DNA from: Antedon mediterranea
Taxonomy: Eukaryota > Animalia > Echinodermata
Length of the DNA stretch: 64,000 bases
Assembly (NCBI RefSeq): GCF_964355755.1
Contig: NC_092680.1
Coordinates: 1,674,001 to 1,738,000 of the forward strand
Direction of reading: 5' to 3'
Position numbers and translations under genes: made by a program. Positions within the stretch are counted from its first letter, which is position 1. Each line of letters opens with the position of its first letter. This document shows, in pieces, positions 1 to 24,900 of the stretch. The notes under the pieces were generated by a model, which was not told the origin of the DNA, did no database searches, and saw only the letters and a program-made list of their open reading frames with translations.

Positions 1-70
1 ATGAAATCATCATGTCCATATATGGGCACATCACATTTTTTGTCGCATAAAGTTGAGTTGAGACAGAGCT
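1..70. mobile_element. Right end of the dominant MITE family (TIR AGCTCTGTCTACACTATCAAACT), truncated by the window edge
   Basis: Same catgtccatatatgggcacatcac...gacagagct terminus as the complete copies at 26084 and 27655. Confidence 0.7.
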
Positions 71-1209
71 TTAAAGGTTTCTTGTAAATGTCTACAACTC
101 TATTCTTGAGTGGAAACTCAATAATTATACAGTAGTGTGAAGATGAATATTTAAAGGTCACTTTCAAAACTAGCTATTATTAATAATTTAATTATTAATT
201 AATAATACAATTCCTTTCAACATTATTTTTAAAGGTTTGCATGGCAAATAAACACTAATAAAGTAAGGTTTACGGTACATCATGCATAAAAACAGAAACA
301 TTTAAGTATATAATATGCTACCGTCTATAAAGATGTAGCACAACAATCAAACATCAAGACAATTGAGTTCATTTTGTTTCCTTTTTGAAATACATGGTGT
401 ATCGCAAACCATACTTTATCTTTTAACACGTATTATTCTTAAAAGGACTTTTTTTTATTTTTAGCAAGTTTACACAGGATTATTTAACAATATTTATTAA
501 TATTTAAATACTATTAATATTTAAACAGCATTATATAATGGTTTTTCATGTGTTTGTGAATCTATATATTTATTTTTATTATATTAAAAAAACTGCATAG
601 TATAAAACAGCATTAATGGATTACTGAATTATATTTATGTTTTATACCCAATAGATATTTTAAAAAGGGTGGGTCACATTTTATTGTTTCTTTCTAAATC
701 AAAATTACAGATTAGATGACATATAATAGTATAACTGATCTATTTTTAACATTTGAGGAGTAAAAACATATTTTTTTCACTCAATATCATTTGCCTTGTT
801 GGGAATGGCCCATTCCAAAGGTTGGTGATGTCCGTAGAATTCAGGAGCAAATCCAGGATTTTTTTTTATTTGGGGAGGGCACCCTGCTGGTTCCACCCTC
901 GGTATTCCATGTTGTATATTTTATTACGTATATAAAGCTTTCTTTCTAGAATTGTTAATGATTATTTAGTTTATATGTGAATTAAATATTTTAAATGATA
1001 CTGTTCTACAATTATGATTAAGATTAATTGTAGAACCTAAGTGTTTATTATGTATGTGTATGCTGTATATAATTTTATTTAATATGCTTTTTTTGTGTTG
1101 TTATATAAACAACGTATTTTATTAATTGGCTGATTGTTTTGATCTATTTTATTTTAATTCAAATAAAATATTTCAAGTTATTTTTTATCTTATTCATATT
1201 TTGTAACCA

Positions 1210-1888
1210 TAGTACAGGGATTTTTTCGAAAAAAGGCCAGAATATCCACTTTTAAAATTCAATAATTATGCAATAATATTGCCATATATGCACATATATG
1301 GTGTTATCATCATCTTAGAGAGCCACAGTAACTAGTTATGTCAAAAAATGAAAGGGTCGAAATTCGGACATTTTTCGAAAATATCCCTGTACTATAGTAC
1401 AGGGATTTTTTCGAAAAAAGGCCAGAATATCCACTTTTAAAATTCAATAATTATGCAATAATATTGCCATATATGCACATATATGGTGTTATCATCATCT
1501 TAGAGAGCCATAGTAACTAGTTATGTCAAAAAATGAAGGGTCGAAATACAGCCATTTTTCAAAAATATCCCTGTACTATAGTACAGGGATTTTTTCGAAA
1601 AAAAAGGCTAGAATATCCACTTTTAAAATTCAATAATTATGCAATAATATTCCCATATATGCACATATATGGTGTTATCATCATCTTAGAGAGCCATAGT
1701 AACTAGTTATGTCAAAAAATGAAGGGTCGAAATACAGCCATTTTTCGAAAATATCCCTGTACTATAGTACAGGGATTTTTTCGAAAAAAAAGGCCAGAAT
1801 ATCCACTTTTAAAATTCAATAATTATGCAATAATATTCCCATATATGCACATATATGGTGTTATCATCATCTTATAGAGCCATAGTAA
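1210..1888. repeat. Head-to-tail tandem array (~3.6 x ~185 bp) of a TIR-bearing MITE-like unit
   Basis: Units start at ~1210, 1395, 1579, 1765. Each begins TAGTACAGGGATTTTTTCGAAAA and the complete units end close to TTTTCGAAAATATCCCTGTACTA (inverted repeats). Confidence 0.85.
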
Positions 1889-2959
1889 CAATATACAAAA
1901 AGATCTTATGAATAGAGAGATTTTTTAAAATTAAATTTGTCAATTTTACCACAGTAACGTGAGTTGTAATCAATTTATTTCCACCAAAGCAATCTAACCA
2001 AGTGATTTATATTGAAGTGAGCCTAAACAAAATAGAAGTTTACTGTAATAGTAATATTAGGAAGGTTTTGATATGCAACGACCGACGACCTACAAGGTCA
2101 GGACAATTCATTGTACACATGCTTTATTGTTCCACAAAGTTTAGTTCGTTGCTAAGTTCAGACAACGACCAGCTACGTTACCTCATGATCTAGCTTGCTC
2201 AGTAGGTTATCGCAAATGGAAAGCTTCCTCTTAATGATTTTTAATAATGATACAACAAGAATTGTATTGTAAAAGCTAAATATTAAACAAAATGAAATAA
2301 CATATTGGTTTATTATATTGAACTAAACATGCTTTGCTTTAAAAAGATAGTTAAGATAATCAAAGTATGAAGACTATAGTAATGCTAATACTATGAACAC
2401 AGGTTGCTATTGGTCAGTTTTCTCTTGACCACTACAACAAACATTAATTTAGATCGAATTTGACATGCAAAAACAAAATTGATAGTATACAGTAGTATTA
2501 GTTAATAACAGTAAAATTAATAATATAGTAATACTAGTCAAACTAAAATTTATTGTTAGTCATTAAATAAAAATAGATGAAAAACTAGAAAAACAATATC
2601 ATATAATCTTAAACATGCATAAACAATATTACTAGCAAGAATAATAGTTAATATATTGTTTGAAGGTTTGCATGGCGAAATCAAATGTTGATATTAAGTT
2701 TGCGGTACACAAACGTAGAGAAATTCAACAGTTCTTTTCAGAACTAATACATGTGGTGTACCACAAACTTTATATCAACAAGAATAATAGTTAAGTTAAG
2801 TATTTAATTAGTGATATTATATAAGCAAAATATGTTATAAAGGCTTGGCAAGTGGTAAACTACATTTATAGAACTTGGAAACATAGAACAACTAAAAAAA
2901 CTAAGCATGCGTAGCAAAAAGGGTGAAACAAGAGTAGTATTAATTATATAGTAATATCA

Positions 2960-3310
2960 ACACTAGAACTCTTTTAAGGTGACACCTCTATTCACAGCAC
3001 ACTTGTCCATGAGATAAACAAGAGAAAACATGTTTTAACATATAGGCCCTACTCAGGGGATATCCCATTTAAGGTGACACCCTCTATTCACAGCACACTT
3101 GTCCATGAGACAAACAAGAGAAAACATATGTTTTAACATATAGGCCCTACTCAGGGGATATCCCATTTAAGGTGACACCTCTATTCACAGCACACTTGTC
3201 CATGAGATAAACAAGAGAAAACATATGTTTTAACATATAGGCCCTACTCAGGGGATATCCCATTTAAGGTGACACTTGTTGGATGTCCCCTGTAATAAGG
3301 TTCTACTGTT
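2960..3310. repeat. MITE-like element containing ~3 tandem copies of a ~95-bp unit
   Basis: Repeated ttaaggtgacacctctattcacagcacacttgtccatgag...ggggatatccca. Ends resemble CAGTAGAAC...GTTCTACTG; related pieces at ~40343-40513 and ~54725-54880. Confidence 0.65.
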
Positions 3311-3808
3311 AATATTCCATTCATAGGGGTGGTAGTCACCCAACTAATCATTATCCTGACTTATTACCCCCATTTACTTCAGTCCTATTTTTTTCATTAC
3401 AAAACAATTTATTTCATCAAACGGATCTCTATAAATGTATTAATAACATTATAATTATAATTCAATTTTTATCAAAACAATGTCATGTATATTGTTAAAC
3501 AGAACATACTTGCAAAAAAGCAAAGGTTAACCTTAAGAAGCTACTGATAATTATAATTTCTTCTGACATTTAAACTCTTACAAAAAAAAAATCTTCTACT
3601 TCTTACACCGGGCCAGGTCAGTCTTAGGTATAAAGTTGGTTCCTACCCCCCAAAGTTGGCACCAACTGTTTCTATGCAACCAAGTAACTCGGGGAAAAAC
3701 TTAAGCTAAAATACGCCCACTGTCTGTTACAAATAGAAAAACACTTATAATTGCCAAAATGGTAACAAACAGCATAAAAGTTGTTGGGTTGCTGTACTAA
3801 CCCCATTT

Positions 3809-15212
<11,404 letters not shown>

Positions 15213-17045
15213 GATGAATGTCAACAATCAAACTATCTAGGCCCTGATGTGTGAGGTATGCCTAACAGCAGCAGCAAGACTTGGATGGATGGATGGATGG
15301 ATGTAAACCGTGTGTGATCGACTGCTGTTGATCGACTGCCTAGGCCTTCGTACGTACGTACGTATAGTAGGCTGCTAGGACAGGTAGGCCTAGCTAGGCC
15401 TAGACTTAAAATGCAGTGCGAAAAAACAGAAAAAGAATTCAGAAAGCAAATCAATCAAATCTACAAACTAAATGGAACCTAGACCTGACTAGGCAGGCTA
15501 TATATATGAACTAACTAATGGTTTGAAATCTATTTTTGCCATGTGAAATTAAACCAAGTAAATCGCGCGAAAATCTGTCAACTTGTTGATTGATTTACTT
15601 CGCTCTTTTAACCTTCTAATCTTGTATGGCACGTCACATGTGCCTTATTGAAATCATGGATATCACAATTTTATCTCCTCATCAGCATGTGATCCAATCA
15701 ATATTAGTTTCAGATTTGTGGCTGCGTGTTGGATTAAAGAAGGTATAATTTCACTCTTCTCTTGTATAATAAATAATACAGAATCGCTTAATGTACTTTC
15801 AATACTTTTTTAATGAATATTTTAAAACAGTGTGGCATCATCACCATCTGGTAAATTCATTTAATGAAGTGTTGCTATGATCCCCAACTAATTAATGTTA
15901 ATGTTAATACTTGTTCTGTATTTTTACATTATGTACATCAGAGACAGAAAAATACTGCAGCAAATGTTATTTTATTTATATACAAATACAGGTTATTTGT
16001 TGATTCATTTCATTTTTTTTTTCCATTTTTACAAAAAACATATATAACAGGATATTTATAGAATATACAAACAAAAATATTGTAAAAAAAAATTAAAAAC
16101 AACCCACAGACTGAAAATCCTTATTATTATTTTGAATATTTTAAGAACACACTCAAAATGTTTTTCTACTGCATTTTATATTACATCTATTTTCTTATTA
16201 ATTTGTACATACTGTTTTTCTTAATCAAATTAAAATATTAAATTTAAATACTACAGTATTACTGTACTCTAATACAAATATAAAACTTTAACAGATAAAA
16301 CACACAAAAATGGCCAAAAGTTGTGGAAAGCGTCATTTCGCAAGACGAGAGGTGTTAACCGGATAATAATAACAATTTTTAGCTTACCGTAGTTATTCCA
16401 GGAAGGTATAAAAATACCTCTCTGGTTATTCTATAATGGTAGTCGGTTGCATCACATGTAGGCTCTATTATTTTCATTTTGTGATCAACAATATATTGAA
16501 ATATACATGTAATATTAAAAGCATTTTATAAATAAATAAAATGGCAAAACAACCAAACATAGGCCTACATGCTTTTCATATTTTTTTTTTTACACTTTTC
16601 ACATATTCATCTTGAAAAACTAAAGATACATCTGTATTTAATTTATACACACATTTAATAAATATTAACACATTTCTGTCCAGGCCCTATTACTCGGTGG
16701 GTTGTTCAAGCAAAGATATTTGGTAAAATCCATGGAAGAATAATTTACAGATTTGTTCATTAAAAACATTTTCAAATACAACTAAAAGTACAAATCGGAT
16801 TAATAATTTTTCTGTCCAGGCTTATTACTCGGTGGGTTGTTCAAGCTAAGATATTTGGTAAAATCCATGGAAGAATAATTTACAGATTTGTTCATTAAAG
16901 AATTATCAAATAAAAATGAAAAATACAAATTTGATAAATAATCATATTTTTTATTTTAATTACTGTTACACAGAAATAAAACGATCAATAAATATATTAA
17001 AATATTAAAAATGATTTCCCAATCGTATTTCCTGATGTAGGTTAG

Positions 17046-18599
17046 TTAGTCACGTTTGAAGTAAAAAGCTTTTCCTTGCAGTTGAAGTTCTTTTTCATAC
17101 AAGTCATATTCTTTTTGTAGTAAAGTCTGAAGAGATTTTCTTCTAACCTAGAAAACAAAAACAATGATGATGATGATCAAATCATAGAAAAGAACCTGTA
17201 TCTTTGTTATATTAGGTAGCTGGTTATATTATACAAAAGATTAAAAGTCATATAGACCCTTTGGGTGGATGCAGGGTTTGTGCTTGTACAGCATGTTGAC
17301 ACTTTACCCCAGCTAGACAGGTAAAATAAAATCACAGTAGGAAGAACTACTATTTGACTATTGACTGACCCATTTGAAAATCCAGGATCTGCCAATATGA
17401 ACTCTGCCAATATGAACTCTGCCAATATGAACTCTGCCAATATGAACTCTGCCAATATGAACTCTCCCAATATGAACTCTCCCAATACCGGACACACTAT
17501 TGGGCCAATATATATGGAAATTCTGGTGGTTTTTTTAATGGTATAAAAAAGGAAGGGATCATCAAGAAAAGTCTGGTATTACTGAAGGCCTATTTATATG
17601 TATTTGTTAAGCTCTCTCTACACTATCAAACTTTATGTGACAAAAAAGTGTGATGTGCCCAAATATGGTAGTAATATGACATAATCATGTTCATATAATT
17701 ATGGGCACATCACATTTTTTTTGACACATAAAATTTGATAGTGTATAGACAGAGCTTTAGTTATTTTTCATTGAACAGCTATTATTCACATCTACTAGTG
17801 CTTTTCCAGTCATTTGCATTTCTTGTTTCATTCTTCTTATGTCTTCACGAATTCTTCCACTTGACGTCTCAAGACCTTCAGACCATTCAGCCTGCTCACT
17901 GGTCTGCTGTTCACTAAACAAATATAAATAAACGTTTCTCTACAAATAGTGGTCAAAGAATATACGTAATACAAATTGGAAAAAATCTAAAGGAATGATT
18001 ATTGGCCTACCTAATGATCTTACTCCGGATCTATATACCACAATAGGTGATATTTTGAATTTTGGCGACTCAATATGTACTTGCTGAGTTTAGCCTAGGC
18101 CTAGCCTGGTCTACTACTAAATAGTAAATTACTTAATATTATAATATTTACCAACCTTTTTACAATTGCTTCTCTTGTCACCATAAGTTCATCATACTAA
18201 AAATAAAACAAAAAAATTGAAAACAAAATTGGAGTGGAGACAACTAAAAAGCACGATAAACATAATTAATAATAATAAACGTGTTTGTGAAGTTACAATA
18301 GGCCTTAAAAATGCAGGTGCGTAGGCCCTTCCTAGATAGGTTTGGCCTAGGCCAAGTAGTAGTAGTTCTAGTAGGCTAGGTCTAGGCCTAGCCTCTAGTA
18401 CTAGTAGCCTAGTAGTTAGCCTAGGCCCTAGTACTACTAGTAGTAGAGTAGCCTCCTCTATATAAGGCCTATGTATGCCTAGACTAGCTAGCCTGTGAAT
18501 ATTACCTACCTTTATACGTTCTTTTTGGCGGTTTAAGGCACGTTTTAAACTTGCTTTCTCGGTTTGTTTTTCAAATCGATAAGATGTATTAAGACTCAT
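17046..18599 (-). CDS. CFAP141: CFAP141 (C1orf189)-like cilia/flagella protein, 4 coding exons, ~118 aa
   Basis: Exons 18599-18510, 18196-18156, 17913-17790 and 17147-17046 splice in phase. C-terminus VRRKSLQTLLQKEYDLYEKELQLQGKAFYFKRD resembles the CFAP141 C-terminus as I recall it. An X-box lies upstream. Confidence 0.75.
17389..17487. repeat. 15-bp minisatellite (~6 copies)
   Basis: ctgccaatatgaact repeated; source of the NMNSA/EFILA pseudo-ORFs. Confidence 0.95.
17610..17756. mobile_element. MITE, dominant family
   Basis: TTA-AGCTCTCTCTACAC...GACAGAGCT-TTA (TTA target duplication). Confidence 0.8.
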
Positions 18600-18737
18600 T
18601 ATTTATTTCACTAATAATACCAACGGTATTATTAATAATATAATTAATTAAAAAGTTAGTTTTTACACCACGTTGGTGTATCAAACAAATCACAAAAACA
18701 ACAAACCTGTGATCAATCCGATCCCATTTGTTGATAC

Positions 18738-18750
18738 GTTGCTTAGCAAC
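18738..18750. promoter_or_regulatory. RFX X-box
   Basis: GTTGCTTAGCAAC, 140 bp upstream of the ATG of a predicted cilia gene; RFX X-boxes are the established ciliary promoter motif. Confidence 0.7.
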
Positions 18751-20983
18751 ACATAATGGGACGTCCAATGGGAATGGATTATTATAATCCTATATTAAAC
18801 TTTGGGATCCGCGTTCTGTCTTCCTGACAAACAAAAACAAAAGCATATAATTATAAGTAGGCCTAATAATAGAGTTTACAAAAATATAAACTGGGCCTAC
18901 AATTAAAAGTAAAACAGGGGAAATCACTGCGAAGCCAATGGACGAGCAATTATACTTCTAACAAAAATATGTTCTGGAGCGGATTGTTATAAGCGGTCTA
19001 TATTCCACTCGATCGACTCGATCGACCGGGTAAGGTTTACACCCGAACTAAATTCAATCTATTTATTTTAGGTCTATAGGCTAGATACATCATAATTCTT
19101 TTAACCAATTTAAAAATTGGTTAAATCAATTTGCAACTTGTTAATAAGTTTATCGATATAAACCTTTTATGTCAATTTTTAGAAATAAATAATATATGCC
19201 ACCCTGAACCATTAAATCTCTACATACGATTTTGTATTTCTAGTCACAATTCATTTTCATCATCGTACAACAAAGGCCTATTCACTCTCGGGAAATGAAT
19301 CTCTGGTGAACAAACACACTTTGAAAGAGCCGTACGCAAAGGCATATACGTCTTTTGATATCCATTTCGGCTTCATTCTTGAACAAGTGAGCATCTACCA
19401 ACATCAACAAGACTATAAACAAGTAAGTTACTGTGTTTCACAAATTTAATTAATTACGAGTTATAGGACTAAGATTTTTTAATTAATTATTAAATTAGTA
19501 CCACCGCTAAGAAAAATATAAGGTTCAGCGAAATCAATATAAAAGTACCGTATGATAATAAGATACAAGATTTTAAAACGGTGTTTCCTACTTACTAATT
19601 AGTAGTTTTTCTAAAACTTTTTCGTTGTAAATCATAATAATATTAAAGAGTTTTCAATATATTATTTTGTAAAGAATTGCTAACTAATTTCACAAGTAAC
19701 TCATAGGCCTAATTACCGTAAGCTTAATTATTTTTAGTTTGTAAAGTTGAGTTTTCGATCTTTCCAGCCTTTAAATAAATATAGTCCAATCGTTGAGTAT
19801 CGGGTCCAAATCTTGCAAGATACTGGGTTCAAATATTGATAACATTCTGGTAAAATTCTTCTGCTATATGTATCAATTTTGAAAACAAAAGTATGTAATA
19901 TATGTATATAATATATGTATGGAAATAGCCGAAACGTAGCAAGTAAGTACTTGGCAACTGGTTTATCAAAAATCAAAAAAGTTAACATTTATTTTTAAAA
20001 GTATGTACATTCATAGTCAAATGAGAGTAGAAATGTGAACACACAGTTTTGATTATCAATTTAGAAAATAAGTTTAATATAAATATTTATGTATTATTTT
20101 TCATATGTTTTCTTAAATTTCAAAATCATTATACCTGTGCTTTCGTTTAATTTCGTTTTGAAAGGAAAACCGTAATAAATAGAGAGAGTGTCAGTAGAAC
20201 CATAACGTGGCATAGGCATACTGTGCTAACATGCCTAGGAATGTTCAGGTTACCTATTGTATAAAATGTCAATAAAGGTGTAGATAATAAAAGAAGAATA
20301 CAGAGTAACAGAGAGTTATACTCTGGTAGTAAATATATAAAGGTAGGTAAAATGTAAACACTTAATGCTACTGCATTCATCCCACGTAAAGAACGAATGA
20401 GTTCAGAATAAAACGTTCTTTCATAAAGTGGCATTCAAACGTAAGCGTTCAATTGGTAAATATGTCGAAGGAAGGTGAAAAGTCAAACTAAACAGAAGGA
20501 TTTCTTAAGTGGCCTAAGGGTGATGAACACACAATTGAATGGAGCAAAGTTGGAATCTGGTACAACCGAAAAGAACATTTTAATACTGTGCAACTAATAG
20601 TCTTCCTTGCAATATTTAAAAAAATTACATTAACAAAAAATAATAAACGAAATTGAATTCTCTTTCTTACTGAACCACCGTAATAATTGGATTTATTTAT
20701 TTTATCATTTTTTTTTATAATATAGGCATTATATCTGTGAACGACTTTTAAATCAGTATGTGACACTGACAATGTTATCGCGTACCGTATAAGTCAGAAA
20801 CAAATGTGCTTATTCTAATATATTATTTATATTTCATTTTTTATGATGGTTGTTAAATATGAATTCAGTGTTCTAGTAAGATTAACACAAATATATCATT
20901 GTCATCATTTTAAACTGATCATAAATGTAACTAAATGAGTAAAATTAAATGTAAAGTCAGTGATTTTTTCTTCTCCTTCAGAA

Positions 20984-21785
20984 ATGAAGTGGGTTGTTTT
21001 AATCGCCGTTGTGATAGCCGCTACTCATGTGTACGCCGACAGATTTGACGGTTAGTGTGTCTGCTCAATTCAATTCAACTTTTATTTAAGACAAACTTTC
21101 CAGATGATACAATAGAAAATAAAATACATTTAATTATGTAACAACCTTCCAACAAAAATGATGCTGGAGGAGAAAGGATCAATAATTATCTGATGACATT
21201 ATAGTGCCTCTCTCCATTTAGACAAATTCTTAAATATATCAATATTTTCTGGATGTTTTACTTTATCGTTTTGATTTAGCTTTTCGCTTTTTTTTTGTAT
21301 CTCCATTGAGATCCAGCCACTGATACCCACAGCATTGTCATTTTTTAAGTAATTTGCCTTTCGATTAATATATTCATAATTATATACAATTTTTGTTTTT
21401 GCTTTTCATTATTCTGGCAGAAAACTGTAAATTGATAACCTCACATCTTTAAGGATGAAATATATTGTGATAACGTTATGATTTAAGTTCTTATTAGATT
21501 TTAGGCCACGATTTTAGTTTGTTTTAATTAACGTTGTTGTCATTTTTATCTACTAATACTTAATAAATCAATATTTTCTTGTTAGTAGATGATACCAATC
21601 TCCTGCAGGTGCTGCGGGAATTGTTAGACACACGTCATTACCCGGCGTGCGGCCCGAGGTACAGAAATATCTGTTCTGAAAACGGTAAATGTGAGGAGTT
21701 TCCAGGAGGACGAGGGGCATATTGCCACTGCAACCCTGGATATAAGGGATCAACATGCTCGACAAAAATTATTAATAATTATTAA
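20984..21785 (+). CDS. Small secreted precursor: signal peptide + acidic propeptide + single EGF-like domain (~87-88 aa)
   Basis: Exon 20984-21050 MKWVVLIAVVIAATHVYADRFD splices in phase 1 to 21586/21589-21785 (V)DDTNLLQVLRELLDTRHYPACGPRYRNICSENGKCEEFPGGRGAYCHCNPGYKGSTCSTKIINNY*. Cys spacing is C-x7-C-x5-C-x10-C-x-C-x8-C. Probable 5' UTR exon with donor at ~19423 and 3' UTR intron from ~21789. Confidence 0.85.
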
Positions 21786-21847
21786 CGGGTACGTTTTTAT
21801 GTTCGCACAAAATATTGGCCACTCCAAAATATAGCCTTATAGTGTAA

Positions 21848-21941
21848 GCTTCAAACAAGCGACAGTTCGAATCTCTTGTGATTGGTCTGTTGTGTTGCGC
21901 TTACGTCGTCTTTTGCGCTGCCTCCTAGAATGGGAACCAAA
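21848..21941. mobile_element. Degenerate MITE of a second family (AGCTTGGTTCCC...GGGAACCAAGCT type)
   Basis: Shares caagcgacagtt..gtgattggtc..ttgcg..gggaacc with copies at ~11235-11320, 38500-38635, 49902-50040 and 59970-60085. Confidence 0.55.
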
Positions 21942-24900
21942 CTTAATGATTTTTTTATATACACACAGATCAAAAGACTAGTATAATTCCTGTATTTTAA
22001 TTTATCCCTTGTCGCTATTAAGACGTACTGTAGTACGTCTGCTCAAACTCAATTGATATTTTGGATATTGGATATTCTGTTTGTTTGCTTCTCATAGACG
22101 TAGGCCTAATACCAGTGCCGACAACAGTGTATGTCAACTCATGGTTGAGGTTCATATGGTATACAATAGTCAGCTCGGATGTCCAATTTTAAAGAAACTT
22201 TGATATTGTAGGATTAGTTACAGAGATAATAATAAAATAATATCAGCAAACTAGAATCAATTTTTTGTTTCATTGATTATACAAAACCATTTCATTTCTT
22301 TTCATCATTGGTCAGTATGTCAGAGTATGCACTGCCCAATTCATTCTACTTCGCAGTAGTATAGGCATATAAGTAGTTATAACAGAATAGTCAATTTAAT
22401 TTCAATTCATCAACCACGTGGCCTGTGAGATATTAGGAGTTTTACGAAACAGGACGGGAAGCTACAGCAGCCCTACAGGATGTTTATGGGAGAAGGGGGG
22501 GGGGGAGGGGAATACATCTTTAATATTTGTAAAAATAAAAACACACATGGCACATCTTAACTCTACTTGTGAGCTGGAAGAAACTCAAAACGTTCGCTGG
22601 TGGCGCTACATAAAAATAAAATAATTTTTAGAGTTGTAAAAATAAATTCAATAAAAATAAACGTAGACGATTACACATTGAAATATTCCTTTTATTTCGT
22701 GTTACTGAACACAGCAATTTGTGTGAGGTTGCAGCGGTGAATATTACGTATTTCTAATTTTCACAGCAGAGTGATTCTTCAAAATCAACATGAATGTATT
22801 ATACAATAAAAGAAAAAAAAAATTTATAATGACAGACATATTTATGAAAATATTAATATTAAACTTAAGAATTAATAAAATCACAGAAATGTTTATAACT
22901 AATGTTTGGAATCAGTGAATGTATCGGTACATTCAATAAATAAACAAACATCACAATCTCAAATATACACCTTTACCAGTGTATAATTAGACTATACTTA
23001 ACTTATTCAAAATACTAACAACTATTTGATTAGGAGATTCATAGAGAAACGACATACAGTAATATATTTCTCTTTACTATACATTATTAAATATAGTATT
23101 ATATAGTTATTACATGGAGCTATAAAATTAGACCTCCACAGTTATTAAAATACCATAATATTATCATTCTAAGCCTTGTTATAATAATTGGTTATAATTG
23201 AATTTTTAATAGAATATGTATATAGTGTTGTATGAGGGAATATCAATTCAGCTGGTGGTTGGTCATATTCATATTCACTTTGTACAGACAAATGTGAGCA
23301 GATGATGACAGATATATATATATACTGTATAGATGTGGATAACTGGTTTCAGAACATATATGTATCTATATGTAAATTCTAATGATATCTTCCAATTACT
23401 GTGCCTATACCTTTAGTTCAAAAAGATATTTTGATTACAAAGTTATATATTATACTGTATAGATGTGGATAACTGATTTCAGAACATTACACACTGTATC
23501 TATATGTAAATTTTAATTAGATCTTCCAATTACTGTGCCTATACCCTAGTTCAAAAAGATATTTTGACAGAAAAAATTAAATTACTGTATAAAATACTAT
23601 TTTTTATATTATAAGCGCTAATTCGTTTACAAATTCTGGGTCCGCCCCTGTTGAATTCGGATGCCCTACGAAAGAGGCTCTGTATGTGTAGGTACACATT
23701 GGATTAAAAAATTGTGATGTAACAGTTTAAGAGGATAGAAATTAGAAACTTGCCATTGGATGATTATATTACAAAAATGTCAAGTACACATTTTTATATT
23801 AAATCTATGTTTACAATACTGAACTATCTATCTGCATAGAGCATGGCCTAATATTATTTATTTTAGGGGACAAATAAAATGTTTTTATTATCAGAAACAA
23901 AAAGTTTTAAGAACTGCCATGTTATATTTTCTCTTCATACATGAAAAATACTTTTTAACTATTCTAAAATTATTCACATCCGCCCTCTTTATTTATAATA
24001 ACTCTCATGACCTCCATTAACCTCTCTCTTAAGTTAAAGAATATCATGCATTTATTTAAACTAATTTATAGTAAAAAATCAATTAATATACAACTACAAA
24101 ATTATACATTCCAACCAAAGTTTTTTTAAATTACCAATCAATTTACACATTTGCTGATTATTACAAATTATTTAGACCAAAAACTAAAATAATTATGATA
24201 ATTTTTCAATAATAAATTATTAGTTAAATTCAGCAAACAAGATATCCAAAGTCTGTTGCATAAGTTGGAGATCTTGTTTGCATCATATGCACAAGATAAC
24301 ATATTTAATAACATACTCAGAAATGCCGCCACAGGTGAATAATGTACAATATCTATACAGTGGTATAACACAGAGAGGCCTGAGGCCCCTAGTGCAGGAA
24401 CTCTAAGTGGCCCTCCAACGGTCCGGGGCCCCTGGGTTTAGCCATTGAGTACTCATAGCCGTTACGTCACCGTGTCTGTATGATTAAATTGACATGCTAT
24501 AAATCAACACAATCAGACGTGCGTAGTTAAAGTTGTGATGAAAGCTCCCAAATGGAATGCGCACAAAATTGCTTTACAAAATGTTAACCAAGTTCATGCT
24601 CAGATTCAGCCCGGTTCCAAGGAGAAAACTTCGGCTTTCTTCCATTTTTCATCTTACGATTATTCTATACACTATAGGATCCGGTCTGGTCACAAGAACA
24701 AAATCTGGACTCGGCATTAACAGGCCATTATATGAAAACAATGATACGAGTGGAATGAAAAAAAACGAGCGCTGTTCAGTGAAGATTAGCAACTATTATA
24801 TTGATGAGAGCGAGCCCATAGCAGTGTATAAATTGCTAGTATACTGTAGGCCCAATCTAACCTATGTAGCAGGCATATTCTATCAACAAGGCCTAAAGCA

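Noticed and set aside
17207-17546. ORFs with EFILA / NMNSA repeats
   Set aside because: A 15-bp minisatellite in a CFAP141 intron
18192-18599. 135-aa ORF with a hydrophobic, Leu-rich C-terminus
   Set aside because: Only the first 30 codons are exonic; the rest is read-through into a CTAG-rich intron
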